NCBI GenBank assembly: GCA_001949185.1
Contig: BDGG01000010.1
Location: forward strand, 877,773-941,772
Reading direction: 5' to 3'
From: Ramazzottius varieornatus
Taxonomy: Eukaryota; Animalia; Tardigrada
DNA: 64,000 nucleotides
Numbering within the stretch: position 1 is the stretch's first letter; each line of letters starts with the position of its first letter. Below are positions 24,884-43,554 of this stretch, piece after piece. A model generated the notes under the pieces. It was not told where the DNA came from. It did no database searches and saw only the letters and a program-made list of their open reading frames with translations. The position numbers were made by a program, and so were the translations under genes.

Positions 24884-26515
24884 ATGGGCAGATACTCCCT
24901 CGGAGAGCTTCCTCCCTCGCCACCCGAGATCAAGGCTAAACCTCGTCTCTCTCTTATGAACGCCACCATGCTGATGGATGCCTGCAGCTGTCCCTCCCGT
25001 CTAACCGAATGGTTCAAGATCTTCTGCGAACATCCTCACACCTGGCTGATGATCCGCATCCTGGCCATCATTAAACTTGTCTTCTACTTTGATGTTGTAG
25101 CTGTCTTCCTGCTGATGGACGTAGTTCGAACTGTACTCTTCGCAAACGAAAGGCGCGTGGACGTCAAAGACAACCCCAAGGACGTTACGGTGGGCGATCT
25201 GAGTACGGTCATGGATGGCTTCATCCAGACGGCTGAAGGTGACAGCCAAACGGACAATGTGGAAATCAGTGTGGAAAAGGTGAGCGACGTCTTCTCTTGT
25301 CAAACGGAACGTAATGTCCAAAACGTTTCTTCCAGCACGATCCTGAAGAATGTTCGGAAGTTATTCTCCCCGAAAAAGAAGTGGCTGAAACGGAGATGCA
25401 GACTGAAGAAGTAACCAAAGTCTTTCCAAGCCTTGAGGATGTTTCTGTCCAAACCATAGATGAAGATAAGCCACCTTCACCTGAAGTGACTGACTGCGGG
25501 GTTCAAACAGACACCGAAAGAATATCAGCAAAAGAAACCGCCGACGTGGAAAGTGAGACGGTGGTAGTTGAGACCATGACCATCGAAACCCAAACTGACG
25601 AGCAAGAAATGGCTCCAGAATCTCCTCAACGAGAAACGAAGGACTCAGACTTCCAGACAGAGATGGAAATCGTTCCTACGAAAGAAGGTGTCGACTGTAG
25701 AACTCAGAAGAAGATGGTGGAAGGCTCCATCCCGACAGCTGATGCCGATAACCAAACAGACGATGTCGTTTTCAGTGTGGAAAAGGTAAGCTAAAGAGCC
25801 TGTCTTCTGTTGAACTGATTATGTCTATAACGTTTTGTCTTTATAGCGCTTAGCGGATGTCGATACCCAGACGGAAGAAGAACAGAAACCGCCGGAAGGA
25901 AGCGAAGCGAAGCCGGAGAAGACTCAAGTGGAAAGACCCGAGCAAGCTTCGGTAAGTGTCCAAACAGACTCAGAATTTCAGCCGATTCCCGCCTTCATTG
26001 ATCGCCTCTACTCGATCTACACCGAGAAGAACAAAGGTGACAGCAGAAGGGTTGACTTCGATGTCAACGAAGCCCTGAATGAAGAACTGAAAGACAAGCA
26101 GGCCGACCTGGAAAGAAAGATTGTCGAAATTGAAGACCTGAAGTCAAAGCTCACCGAGCTGGACAATCTGGAGAACGAACTGACAAACACAAAAGAGCGA
26201 GTGGTCGCTTTGGAACAGGAGAAAGATGAACTGAAGGATAAGCTGGTCGAAACGCAAGCTGAGTTGACCAAGATGGAAACCGTAGTAGATAGTAGTCTCA
26301 ATGAATACGGCTTGATGGAAGAGCGTCTTGCTGCGATTGAAAGGGAAGCTGAAGTGAAGGAGAACCGAATCGAAGATCTGTGTGAAGAGATTGCGGAATG
26401 GAAAGAACGCTGCGCCAAGATGACAATGAGCGTCCAGTCATCTAACGCATCTTTCCACAGCTCGTTTTACCCCGACGCCTCCAGTAAAACTGATGTCAAC
26501 TTGATAGAAATCTAG
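24884..26515 (+). CDS. Uncharacterised protein: hydrophobic segment, acidic QT-motif repeats, C-terminal coiled coil (3 coding exons)
   Basis: Exons 24884-25279, 25336-25785 and 25847-26515 join in phase 0. Repeated xQT[DE] motifs; heptad-rich C-terminus. Confidence 0.8.
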
Positions 26516-26759
26516 AATGTTTCTTCCGACCTTCTCTTTAAAGCTTTAAACCTCTCTTCCCGTCGAGGTTTACTGTATTTTCGTTTCCAATGAATCTTGA
26601 TTTTTACTCTATTTACAGTGTGTTATTCTCGGTCCGACAAGTTGTTAGACTCTACGCGTATCATCCAGCCTTGTTTATATGCCCATATGTGAACATGGAT
26701 ATTCTTATGTGTGGCTTCTCAGTTTTTGCAGCTGAACGTTACTCGGAAGCTTGGCGAAC

Positions 26760-26850
26760 AAACTCGACCAGATCGTTTCCTAGGTGGCACATGTTATCAG
26801 TGTTGTTGGCTGGAAGCGTGCGCCATCTGGGAAGACGAGCTGGTCAAGTC
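26760..26850. repeat. Representative copy of the dispersed ~90-bp palindromic element with a 27-nt spacer
   Basis: AACTCGACCAGATCGTTTCCTAGGTGGCACA-N27-TGCGCCATCTGGGAAGACGAGCTGGTCAAGT. About 15 related copies in the window (see findings). Confidence 0.85.
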
Positions 26851-27054
26851 TTTTTGTCGAGCATCCCACCTCTCAACTAAATGCCTTTTCAGTTTTAAAC
26901 TGTATGAAAAATACTATCAGGAAACTCTCCTCTCTTTTGGCAAAACTGGTACAGAAGAAAACCGGATTCTTCACCGGAATGTACACGAAACGTGGTGAAC
27001 AAAATCAGCCCCTGCCAAGTGGCGGCCACAAAATACAATCAGATCAGGATTTGT

Positions 27055-30000
27055 CTAAAACCGGTGGAAAAAGCCTCGGCGCTTACCACCGCCACCAATA
27101 CTGCCTTTTAAAGACTGGTTGTCTTTCTCTTCTTTGGGCGACGACTCATCGTGAGCGCGGAACGAAAAGCGCGGCGTGTAGGGCGAATGCGAGGATGCCG
27201 AGCCGGAAGTACCCGAGCTTGGTGGAGGCGACTCAGGGAATTGCGAGGTCCTCCGTTGTCGGTTGATGGACTTGTTACGACGTATTTCAGGTGCGCTGGT
27301 TGGGACAGGAAGGCTGAAGCAACCGCGCCGTATCATCATTCGAGCATTACCTTGAGCTGGACGAGACCCACCAGGAGCCATCAATGCGTTCAAATGAGCA
27401 GAGTAACCGTCGTTTAGCATCTACAAAGGTAAGTAAGGTTAGAAAGATGCTACAGTAGGCCAAGAACGTGCCGCGGTCTACGAAAACTCCCTTCCAAAAA
27501 CGAAAAGAACTTTGGTTGGAACTTAGACTTTTCTGACAGTTTCAAAACTAGTGCAAGTTGCAACTATAGAATTGACAGAATTATCCATTTACAAACCACT
27601 GCACAAACTCAGATGACATATACATTCACGATAGTTTTCTGCGTTAGCTCCGTTATCAACACAGCGACACTTCTTCTTCAATGCTATGGTCAGTTTACTG
27701 CGCTCATTTATATTTCATACAATTACTGTTACAGTGTAGGCAAATAAGGTACTCTAAGAGGGGGCAAGGCCAGAATAGACGTGACGCAGAAAGCAAACAG
27801 CTGATCAAGCTGCAATCCAGAGACGTGAACTGCCGCTTGAACTGCTGATTACTTCGAGCCGGAGTTTCTACGTCACTTGTCGAAAACTCGATTTTGGCCC
27901 TCCCCCTTTTAGAGTAACTTAATTGCCCACATTGTATCTTACCGTAGCCTTTTCCTGGAACCTCTTGGAAGCTTTCCCGATACAGTAAATCTGGTCAGGT
28001 TTCAGCCCGACACTACTGTAGACTTGGATGTCTTTGGCCGAACCGTAGGCGAAACGGATGACAACGCCAGCCTGAAAGAGGACCATGAAACTGTCGGCAA
28101 GAGGTATTCCGCCAACAAAATGTTAAGAGGAACTTACTTGTTCGATGAGGTCCTTCAAGTAGTCGGACTTTTGCCGCTGTGGGTCAGTCGTTACTCCTTC
28201 GGAGAAGGACACCATGCCGTGGGGAAAGTTGTGATGGGCCAGCCATCGTACCACGGCTTGATGCTGCATATCTGGCCTGCCAGTTATGTACACAATCAGG
28301 TAACCTTAAAGCAAAATAATACACTATAATCGCGTAGAATCCTTGTTGCAATGAAACGGACCCACTTACCGAGCTCTTGCCAATGGCGCACGATGTCCAC
28401 AGCTCCAGCGCGGACCTTCGGGTCCTTGCCGGTCACAGACAAACTGGCAGTGAAGGAGCCATCGATACTGAAGACCACAGCTTCGGTTCGTGCAGGAACT
28501 ACGGTCAGATAGAGATCGACAGAAGTGTGGTCACCTCTAAAGAGAGAACGGTTTCCTTTAAGAGAAGGAACTGGAAGAATGGAGCGAGGTCTGCTCACCG
28601 CACAACCATCTTCACCGGATACATTCCCAGTCCGAGCTTCTTGTCATCCGGCACGGTGAAGTCTACTCTACCATGGCCAGACGTGACTTCCGTTCCGAAG
28701 AGGACCCATTCCCCCGATGGCGGCTGCGTCATGACATAAATGTCGACTCGCTCGCCCGTTAACGTCAGCAAGTCCAGCGGACCGTACATGAAGCGCGCAT
28801 GCAGCGTCTGTGCCTGGTTCTCTCCCACTACCACGTCATTGCCTCGGTGATTAGGATGCATGTTCTGGAAAATAACCACTCGTTGTAGATATGGCAAACG
28901 AACCTATTCATGGGAAATTCAGCCCATGATCAAAAATACGACAACTGGCACGTGGGTAAATGATTTAAACCAGCCCTCTTTCCCAAGCGGCGCACCCTTG
29001 CGATCAATAACAATGAAAACGTGCGCGACTCGAGAAAGCGATCTGGCTCGCGTCCGAATTGCAGTCTGAAGACGGTATTGTCCACCTACTTTTAGCTTGA
29101 TCGACGTCCTGCGTCTGAGCCATTTCTCCGTCGGGCGTTGTGATGAGAAACTCAACCGGAAATTACTTTCATCATTAGCAAAGGCATTGTCCGGCTGGAA
29201 TATCTACCAAAGAAAACCGGATATAAACTTGTTTGATCAAGCTTTGGAAAAAAGAGACAGCTTGGGTTTGGTCCCACCTGACGGATCATGAAAGCGACCA
29301 CATCTAGCGATTCCCAGAAGCTGGCGTGAAAAAGATGTGGGAGTGCGCTAGTCGGGAAGGAGCCCGCGCCTTCGGGGCAATACAGGGCATAGTCGATGCG
29401 CTTACTTCCCCACCAATTCCTCGACACTAGAAAAGAGAAAGACATTGCTAAACGAGGCGTGTAAGCATGTAGTGGAAGGCAGCGTACCGTGACCGACTGT
29501 CTGCAGGGAGAAGAGCTGATCGCTGGGGTTGCCCATGTCGCCAGTGTTCTCGTAGCTCTTTTCCTCGAACAAGTGCTTGTTCTGTTGGACCTGCTCGTAC
29601 AAGAAAAGGGAACGACCGTCGCCGAGAGGGAACTTCTGGTAGCGAGGAACTGAGACTGGTTTCAGGAAGGCAAACTTTGCGGCGAGCAAGGGTTCTATGC
29701 GTGTGGCGGAGGGATCCATGGCATGAAAAAGGTTGAAGAGCTGGGAACACCAGGGCCTTTGCGGAGGACCTACAAAAAACAGATGAACATGGCGAACAAC
29801 ATCCGCAACACAAGATCGGAATATTTACCATTTAGGCGCCCATATATAAATTGAACATGATCACTATCTAAAAGTGACGCACTCTTCCATTGTTATTAAC
29901 TGGCAGTGTGCGCCACTGGGGAAAACGGTCGTGTTGCCTGGTAAAAAATTTCGGGAGTGTTTTTGTCAGATATGTTTACTTTTCTGACAATTTTTAAGAA

Positions 30001-33000
30001 GTAACGTTGTATCGAATGCAAGTAGATTTTTCTACCTAATTTAGAAAATAATTAATGTACTCAGCCGGAAGATCTTCTCTTACATGAGCAACGGGTTCAC
30101 GAGACAAAGTGGGAATACTGTATACCCGTGTATGTAAACTAGCTGATCATCGCGTCAATAATTAAGTTTAACGGGTGCACTTAGTTGCGTGCTATGGATG
30201 GAAATGGCCTCTTAGCGGCTAGCAATCAATAGAGATGCGATGTACAAACATCGAGCATACCATATCTATCATCCGTGTTCTCGCAAAACTTCCGGTAGGC
30301 TAATATGAGGCCTAGGGGACAGCCGAACATAAAGACGTCGCCGACATCAAAGTCAAAGCGCAAAGCGGCCTCGCTGCTCGACGTGTGATCCGAGGCTCGC
30401 CGTCCCACCGTCTTGTCGACAATGGGGGCTGACAAGTAACGCCCTGACTCGTTCAGGGATGCAAAGACTGGTATATTGGGCAGCTGCGTTACTGCCGTCC
30501 CTGGATTCGATAAGGAGCGCGAAGCCGGATACGTTGTGGGTCGCAACATTGGTCGCGAAGACACCGGCGCCTCCTGCAACAAACGGGAAGAAAAATATGT
30601 TCGAACCCCTTTAAAGCGACATAAAACATGAAGAACACAACTCAAGAAAACGCACGATGCACAGTTTCGCATATTATGAAAGACAACCAAAATCGAATTT
30701 TTGAAGCCAGAACAGCTTTGGCGCTGGCTTCAACTCGAATCATATTCGCAACCTATTAATAACTTTCAAATTTCTGAAACCAAAGTCTAACCAAAGAGCT
30801 CGTCTTTATCTGAAATTTCTGGGTCCCTTACCGGCTGTTTGGATCCGTTGGTGGTACAAGCAGGTATGGCCGTCGAGCCAGCGACGGCGCCTCCACAGCT
30901 AGAGGACGAACCCACGGTCGCCGGAGCGGAGAACGGTGGCGGAGGGTAGTTCTCGTTGTTACGTTCCGAAGAAATGCTGGACGAGCTGCCTTCGTGGGTT
31001 CCATACCGGCACAGCGCGTCGTAGACCAGCAGACCGGCTGTGTTGTCACCCACCAGGCACACAGGACCTTTATAGCCTTTGCCTTCGGCTGAATGGAGGA
31101 AGTCGGAGTAGATTTGGTTGGCTTTGTTGATGCACTTGGATAGCGTCTCGCGGTACGTGCTGGAGGATGTAGCGAAGAGGGAGAGCGCGCTGAGGTGGTT
31201 GAGATCCTGGCTTATGTGCGAAGGCTCGGTGGAAGAGACTGCGTCGAAGCTGTACGGCGTCAGACTGGAAAAAATCACAGCCTCCATTCAGCAAATAATC
31301 AAACGATTCACAAACACCCATTCTTCCCTTCAGAACAAACGATGAAAAAAGTCGTAACAGATCAGTCCGAACCTAATTTCGGTATATAACTCGGAATGCG
31401 CCACTAACCGCAGACCGACCGAGCTTAAAGTCCAACAGCACCCACTTTAACCTGCGCATTTGTTTTGGTAATGTAGTCTATCAGTCGCTGCACCCTTTTC
31501 ACCAGTTTCCTACGAATTTTTATTAAGGTCGACCATCATCAGCGTCCACTCTGTTATCGAGGTAGTGGATTAGCCCACCTGGAAAGTACGCTGAGGGGCT
31601 CCGCGCAGATGGGTGGACATCGGACACCCTTGACGACGACATGTCCGCTGAGGGAAGGATAGTGCGCGTTGATGACGGTCTCGAAACACGAAGAGAAGGT
31701 AGAAATGTCGGCACGGTTGCCATTGAGATCGATGGTGGAGCTATTGTCAAGGATGCAGCCCCCGTGAAAGACTAGAATCAACACTGACGTCGGACATGTC
31801 TCGCTGACATCTTCCGTCATGTCAGTCATGCGTGGGGCTTGTGTTAAGACCAGCCGCATACGATCCGACTTAAAGTTGGCCGAAAAAATACTGTCTGTAA
31901 AAGAAGAGAGGATAGCATGAAGGCCCTTCAGGTCCCGACAATGTCACATCAACTTGCCATCACTGCCAATCTAACCACATCCGATCAGAGATAACACAAA
32001 CGTCCGCGGATGAAAGATCATATGCATGCATTACATACCATCTTTGGCATTTACGGATGTTGACGGCACTTCATCCTCCTCCACCAACTCCATAGAGCTC
32101 CATTTGACCAACGGCGTCACCTTTGCTTCTTCCGACTCTATGAAAGAATCTAACAAAAAAAGCCACTCTAATCGCATCGACATTGAGCCCTGTGGAGAAA
32201 AAGTCTCGACAGACAGGGCGAACTTTCCCATGGAAGATAAATCCTCCAAAAACGTCCATAGCTCCATACAGGAGGATGGTTAGGCATAAAAGCTACTTTC
32301 CATGCAGGTAGAATAAGAGTGATTTCACGAAATGACTAAATGGGAGCTGGGCAAACAAAACGTCCCACCCAACAGCAATGAACACATTCGGCATTTCAAA
32401 TAACCATATTGTACGTCTTGTTTGCCTAGCTTTCCGAAAATGAAAGACGAAAGACATTTATTACCAGGTGCGTCAAAGAACTCATCCTCGGAGCCGTCCT
32501 CGAGATCAGTACGGAGGCCTTCAAGGACTCCACAGGAGTCTGTGGCGAAGGACCCATCTGAAAAGCACAACAGTACGTGAGTGGCATTGTACCAAAGAGG
32601 CTTATCGAAGGATTCCATTCGTGGCCTAAAAAGATGTAATTACTCGGAGAATGGAAGGATTGTTTAGATCCGCTTCGGGATCGATCCAGGATGGCGCCGG
32701 CTGGATTTTTATGACTGGGCGTTGTTTCAAGGGAGGCAACGCGCGTCAGGCTGTTGCGCCGACTAGAGCTCTTGAGGGTGATGTTCACTGTGGGCGACGC
32801 CGCCGACAGAGATGAATTGGACGCTGGCGGAGGCATATTCTCATCTGGTAAATAATAATCTAAGCCTTGACGAGCGAAGAAAATGATCAACGAGCTCGGG
32901 TCGTTACTTGACTTCACACTTTACGCTGACTCTTACCGCTGTTGGCCATTCTGGCAGCTAGTGCCAACTGTGTCTCACGTTCCAGCCGTCGGATGTCGCT

Positions 33001-34247
33001 GATCGTCAATCCGTGATATTCGTCTTGCCAACACCAGGCCTGCCGGTGGGCTCGAACCATCGTTCTCCGTATCACTGCAAAATAAAAATAACCGTAAAAA
33101 TATTTTGGAAGACTTTATCGGTCTATAATTTTGTACTGTAACCACCGAACCCAAAGTTGAAGTAGCCTTCCGTGCATCTCTTTAAATTCCCGGCATTGCA
33201 TTTACTACAGTCTTTGTCGAAACTACTTCCGTCAGTATCATTTGGTTTTCGTACGACTGGCTAAAATTATTCTTTCGAGATTAATTTTTATGGAAGAATC
33301 ACTCACAGACATTCTTCTCAGAAAATCTTCAAAGAAAAATAATGTCCCATCTTTAGTTCGGGTTTGAGATTCGAACTTTTGCTTAAAATTGCGATCGCGA
33401 ATAATTTTACTGGATTTTGTTTGAACTTCAAAGGAAACTATTGTGGTGTCGTTGCAAGTACGTATGGAAAATAGGATGGTGGAGTCTTGAACGGAAATAT
33501 TCTGACGTACTGTAGCAAATGTATTCCTCCAGTTTGCTCTGCATTCCCCAGTACTTGAATTCCAGCCGGCAGATTTTGTAGGCACACATGACGGGTCCTT
33601 TCTTTGGATGGGCCTTGTAATCTTCAATCCAGTTGTTATCTAGGGGTCCTCTTCCGGTTCTTTCCGAGACGTACAGCCGCGGGTCCTCTGCTTCCAGGTA
33701 GTCATGCGAAGGGACGCTGTCCTTGACGATATCGATGACATCGACCGTTCTAGCCTTCAAATCCTTGTCATTTAACTGAAAGACATTGTCCTGTGTGCCC
33801 GCATCAGGATGGTAGACAGTCTCGATCTCCAGGGAGAACTTGCTGACATGGGGGGACGTGTAGCGTGTCTTGGTGTAAGGGTAGGCATTCCAAGCCTCTT
33901 CGTACACTTCCGGCGAGAGCTGCTTGGGCAAGATGCCGCGAAACCATCCTGGCAAGAAACGGCTAATGTGGTACACTTTCTTGGTGAACTGCCCTGCTCC
34001 ACCTGGACCTTCGGTGTAAGGCTCGTTAATCATAATCTCCACACCACAGTCGCGACCTTGACTTTCAACGCGGGACTTTTTCTGAAAATAACAAAAAAAA
34101 ACAAATTCAGAAAAATTCCTGTCATTTTCCTTCGATCCAAGATGGTTTCGATCACGTAGAGAAAAGTACCTGGATCATATAAAGTTGAGCAATACGGTAT
34201 TCCTCTACCGTCATGGGCATGGGAATGCGGTATTCGCGGAGAGGCAT
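27055..34247 (-). CDS. rdgB: RdgB / membrane-associated phosphatidylinositol transfer protein (PITPNM/Nir2)
   Basis: PITP domain ([25 protein letters not shown]; EEAWNAYPY), FFAT motif [13 protein letters not shown] region ([14 protein letters not shown]; LFHASFWES) and LNS2 domain ([12 protein letters not shown]). Confidence 0.96.
27732..27934. mobile_element. Tc1/mariner-type MITE in the last RdgB intron
   Basis: TA-flanked imperfect ~44-bp TIRs: CAGTGTAGGCAAATAAGGTACTCTAAGAGGGGG and the reverse complement of the right end, CAATGTGGGCAATTAAGTTACTCTAAAAGGGGG. Confidence 0.8.
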
Positions 34248-35745
34248 TCTTTTCTTGGCTGGTTACTGATGGAGAAAATTTCCGAAATTAACGAGAGCTT
34301 TCTGTCACGAGTATTTCCGGAAAAGAACAGCCATGTTTTCCCAGGCGATGTAGACGTCCAGACTCAGCAATATTTCCGTGAGAAGTGAGGCAGACAAAGC
34401 AGTTTTCATCATGGTATCTGCAGTGGAGCAAAGGCAGCACGTGAAGGAAGAATACAGGAGAATATCATGGTTTGATTAGCTGCAAAGAAGCAATTTCAAG
34501 CCCTGCAGATCTCATGCTATTTCTTGTGGCAAGCGAGAGGAAGAAGATAAGAGTTACCAGTAATGAACACACAGGCTTGTGATGGAATGCAGATTGAAGA
34601 GAACGGCAGCTACAGCTCAGCTAGTCGTGACGTCAATATGCAGCAATCGATACTCGGGCGCGCGTTCTCCTTCTTCACCGACAGCAGCCGCCTTGTCCTG
34701 TGGTGGTACCCACCCGCGGAGGAAGGAGAAATGCAAGGAAGGAAGACTTACAGTGCGGAGACGTCATCGATATCTGCAAATAAACATGTCATGACGTCCA
34801 TCAGTAAAATGGTTACACGCCGTTGCGCCAAAGCTGTTAATTATCTGGCCCCTTCCAGCCATCAAGCGACTTTCCCCGTAGTGACGACCCGGGAAGAAAC
34901 GTGCCGAATGTTTACATGATCCCGCTGCTTCTGACATATCCGCGGATGGAAGAAATAATAGCATGCAAAACGAAAAAAACTTGACAATTTGACAAATGAC
35001 AACATTCCCTTACGTCACAAGCCTTACTCCGGCAGAACCCTATCTGTCACTTTGTGTGTATGTGATATTTGCATGCTCAAAACAGATGTGACATGATATG
35101 CTGATGTCAACACTCATTACTTGGTTCTTGATCTCGTGATCATCTGCAAAACTTCCTCGCGAAGCAAGAGGACTTCGTTCTCCTCCCAGAACGAAGGTGG
35201 CTCCCATAATTGTTGTAAGTTATTGAGAAAGATCCAACACAGTGCTGTCTCTGGTGAGAGACAATGTGGCAGCGAAAAGAGGGGAACAACGGAAGTCAAG
35301 AGGGAAGTCTGAAAATAGCTGGTCTCCCCTATAGATCGATACGATATGGGTTCTTGGGTCGATAGCATAGCAACACCTTCTGTCTTGGAGTAAACTAGTT
35401 GTGGTTCGTTAGTAATGGTTGAAAGCCAACATCAGCCTGACAAGATTGACACGCGTGCAAGTCGGGAATCGATAATCGTAAAACCCATGACGAGAAGCCA
35501 AGTCGATTGCCGGAATACCCGCAACTCTTTACTCCACCAATCTTATCGTCCACTATTTACGACGACGACAGGCCAAGACATGCAGCATATGACGCTTAAG
35601 TATTTCCCTCGACAAAGGAGAAAGCGATAAATGCGCTGTATCAACAACCAAATAGGCTCATTTAGGGCTAAACACTTTGCATAACAGAGGGAGAAGGAAA
35701 CATTCAATACAACCATTACTTGAACATATCGAGCGACCATCTATT

Positions 35746-37891
35746 CTAAGAAGACGAAAACCCATCCTCTTGTCTTGGCCCTTCGTAGTTCACTTGATAG
35801 TTTTGTTGGCTTTGCGGACCCATTTCAGTGTAGTACCCTATCGAGTTCCCACTGACAGGTGGCGCTTGAAACGATGGTCTTTCCGTCATCGACAGCTGCG
35901 AGCTCGAGGAACTGCTCGAACCCGGTGTGGTAGGTCGTGGGTAGGAAGGTGAAGGTCGAGCGAAGAAAGGATTATTGGGAGAAGGAGCTCCTGGTTGTTG
36001 TTGAAGTGGGGGATAAGGCGAAATGGCGCCGGTTAGGGAGGAACTCGGTGAAGGCGCGGCAGGAACTCGTGGGGAACCTATGTGGTGGCCGCCGACCGAG
36101 TGAGGACTTTGCATCTGGTTAGCGGGTTTTGGTGGACTACGGGCTCTAGACGGGTCTTTCAGTCGCTCTTTCATGACTTGATCGAAGATGGGTTGAGCTA
36201 AGATGGGACCAAACTCGGCCCGGAAGTCGTCCAGCTTGTCCATGTGCGGCTTGACTTTGTAGCAGTACTCTGCTAACTTTGTCTAAAAGTACCCAGAAAG
36301 TATCCGGTAAAGTATGAAATTTGAGGAAAAAAGACTGGTTCAAACAATAACCAAAACTCGTTATTACATACCACTAGTTTTTCTCTGATTTGTTCCGCCG
36401 ATCTCTTGTCGGCTGCATTAGTGTTAGCCTGGTTCAAGTAGGCTCGCAAAGCCTCTGCTTCGTGCTTAATCCGTGGTACAACCATGAGAGCGATTGCCTG
36501 AAAATATCACAGCGTGCAACCGATTCTTGGATCTTGGGGCAGTTTCATTGAGAGCTTGGTACATCGCTAACTCCTGTAACAAAGATTTGTACAAAAGCAG
36601 CATACCTCGTTTCCCAGCTCGATCAAAGCACTGTAGGCTCCGAATCGAGTGGATAGTGCAGTACTCTCGTCATCCAAGCAGTCCTTGAACACCTGTATGA
36701 GCCGCTGAGACAACCGACTCGTTGGCGTGTCGTAGGTTCTACAAAAATCCAACTTTGAGCAAAGAACCGCAACAAGACATTCGCTGAATCTTAAATAATA
36801 TACAATTAAGTACGCACCTGGAGATGCTGGCGAGAATTCTAGAGGCAAAGCCTCGTAGCGCCCAGTGATTGTCGGCTTCTGGTCGAACACAGAGTGTACG
36901 ACTGACTATACAGGACGTGATAGCCGGAATGATGAGATGCAGGTAGGGTTGCAGGTACAACATCTGGTTATCTAGCAAAGCCTTGACCATCCGCATCACG
37001 TAGATGAGTAGAGCGAGGTTTTGCTGTACGACATTAACCTTGACGCCTTCCGAAATGAAGACTGCTAGTCGAGGTATCAGAGCATGAAGACCTGGGTCGT
37101 GCTCCAGACTGCTCAAGGCTTCACGACGCTTCTCTTCAATGTTCCCGATGACGGCTTCCGTCACATCTTTATAATACTGCTGCTGCTCGGAAGACAGCTC
37201 GCTTGTGGACAAATCTTTGATGCCCATGAACTGGGATTTCCGTATGGCTCTTTCGGTTGCCACCTGCAGGAACCAATCCAGACACAATACATTCACGGTA
37301 AAGACCCGCGTGACGTCACGAATAATATTCGCCGTATGCGCGAATAACACACGCATCAGACAACGGTCCACTTGACCTCACACGCAAACACGAAACAAAA
37401 TTTACCGTTCTCGCTTGAAGGGGGTTTGTAGCTTTCGCCTTCTGTTCATCTTTGTTTTGCGCAGGCGGATTTTCCGGAACACTAGGCATCTTCCCTTCGA
37501 TAGCCAGCCAATGCTGTCGAAGCGTGACTTCTGGAGGAGCGGGGCCAGCAGGCTTCTTCGTAGTGCTGAGAAGATCACGATCCTTATCGTCATGGACGAA
37601 GAGGGTCTTTCCACCGACGCCACTAACTCCGCGGATGGGAATGTAGTCTACAACACCGCTGTCCACGGTAGGTTCTAGGTTTAAAAACTGCATGGCGTTG
37701 TCGACATCCGTCTTCAGGATCTTCATGCGACGACACATGTTAGCGTTCTTGTTTGCGCGGTCTACGATCGCGGACACCTTCTGACTGACGCAGGCTGCAA
37801 CAAAATCCGCTGTCTCCTCCGACAAGTTGTGGATACCCATCGTTTCTGCCCATATCTTCACCTGGTCGGTCGCCAGCGCTCTTCCCGCCAT
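35746..37891 (-). CDS. TAF6: TFIID subunit 6
   Basis: H4-like histone fold, [41 protein letters not shown] and DNHWALR motifs. Confidence 0.95.
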
Positions 37892-38997
37892 GTTTACCTG
37901 CAACAAGTTGAGGAGATTACAAAAAGGTTTGAAAAAATAACTGGAAGATGCGCAAGTGCAACTGGAAACAGTCTGGAAACTGATCTTCCAGTTTCTGGTG
38001 AACAAAACAATCAAGCATCGTGGAACAAATTTGACGGAACGCATGACGTCCTTCTGATACAATGGCTGAAAACTGCGGTACGGCTTCTGCGCTTCGGTAA
38101 TTGGTGTTCGGTAGTACGCATCTGGTAGTTGAATGGTTCTTTTCCATTTGCGGGATGCGCTACCGCAGCTGCAAGTTATTAAAGAATAATAATTTTCTGC
38201 TTGAATCATCTTTACAGAAGAGCGACTCCTCAAAGGGATGTTTGTTGGGCCATGTTTCTTTGACACTTTTTCCTGCATTACAAAGTTGTCAATTTGCAAA
38301 GGAACACCGCATCATCAACGTCGCACGTGCAGGGTATCTGTGGGCTAAATTTGTCAGTCAGTTGACATTTTTTCATAAGAAATCCCCCGATTATTGACAC
38401 AAGGCATCAGTTGATCCACTCTGATGTGCGGCAGGTACTGAAACATCATTGGAGATAATATTTGCTATTGTGAACTGACAAGTATATTTTCATTTCCGTC
38501 AGATAACGGACAAAAGAAACATCGTGTCGCCATTCATCCATTCCTTATCGCCTCTCTTCAATCCCGTTATACGCTCGTCTGCATTACCTCCTAACATCTT
38601 CCACCCTCTGTCTTGCAAGACATACACGTGCAGGTATCCTATCATTCGTGTATCCATATTCGCTGCAGTCAACTTTGAGTGAGTCTACATTCTGAGTTTG
38701 CCATCTTCTTTCATGGTTTCATCTGATGCTAGCTAGCTCTTGCAGGTCCTTCTCACTGATAAGCATGATCTGATCAGTGAAGTTCCGAAGACGGCCCCGG
38801 AATCTTGGTATGTGGAGGAATACTACTTAAGCCCATATTTGCATACTCGTATACGGTATATGTGTTGCGTCCATGTTTGCGAACGTTATGAGTATAACGG
38901 TCACGTTATCGGTTACAGAATATGAGGCGCTAAAGGAGGGTTTATGATTGACGGAAGTTAAGGAAAGAACGGCAAACTGGATCCTAATTTCCTTCGT

Positions 38998-43554
<4,557 letters not shown>

